64,000 bases of DNA from Planctomycetota bacterium (GTDB lineage Bacteria > Planctomycetota > UBA1135 > UBA2386), in NCBI GenBank assembly GCA_965223545.1, contig OZ245006.1, positions 3,936,001-4,000,000 on the forward strand. Direction: 5' to 3'. This document shows, piece after piece, positions 63,907 through 64,000 of this stretch (positions are counted from its first letter, which is position 1; every line of letters begins with the position of its first letter). The position numbers and the translations under genes were made by a program. The notes under the pieces are model-generated. The model was not told where the DNA came from. It searched no databases and was given only the letters and a program-made list of their open reading frames with translations.

Positions 63907-64000
63907 ATGGATCCCAGGATCGAACGCGCCAAGGACATCGTGCGGCGGGAAGCCGACGCGGTGCGCATGGTCGCCGACCGCCTCGACGACACCTTCGCGG
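63907..64000 (+). CDS. Probable KpsF/GutQ sugar-phosphate isomerase, N-terminal fragment (3' truncated)
   Basis: MDPRIERAKDIVRREADAVRMVADRLDDTFA fits the 'A...L..EA.AV....RL...F' start of KpsF/KdsD; only 31 codons are visible. Confidence 0.6.
   Translation, partial: MDPRIERAKDIVRREADAVRMVADRLDDTFA

Overview
High-GC bacterial DNA. A Planctomycetota origin is inferred from the style of the secreted proteins, the long LepB and the BlaR/BlaI and ECF modules; this is not proven. Bases 1-15.7 kb hold the distal part of a tightly coupled contractile injection system (eCIS/Afp/PVC-like) operon: split spike (gpD-like + gpV/gp5-like), PAAR, gp25, two large baseplate-J proteins, a gpI protein fused to an NHL propeller, and four paralogous proteins sharing one N-terminal domain (probable fibre/anchor proteins). 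Sheath, tube and ATPase genes are not in the window. Two LuxR regulators with atypical receiver domains and a stand-alone receiver follow. From 17.6 to 40.9 kb: a TetR-esterase operon, secreted Kelch and BNR proteins, a BlaI/BlaR1(M56) pair with a visible operator, an acyl-CoA ligase, an S46 peptidase, a B12 radical SAM, a beta-lactamase-fold lipoprotein, an orphan TauD/SARP/JmjC trio, a GT2, an ECF sigma/anti-sigma/PRC operon and a candidate sRNA. From 40.9 to 64 kb the genes are mostly housekeeping (purF, lepB, lysC, LeuA-like, rsmB, fmt, scpA, start of a KpsF/GutQ-like gene), plus two paralogous small basic proteins that look like an uncharacterised nucleoid-associated family, PhoX and a 14-repeat FG-GAP protein. 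No rRNA, tRNA, CRISPR array or transposase was recognised. All calls come from motif recognition by eye; no database search was run.
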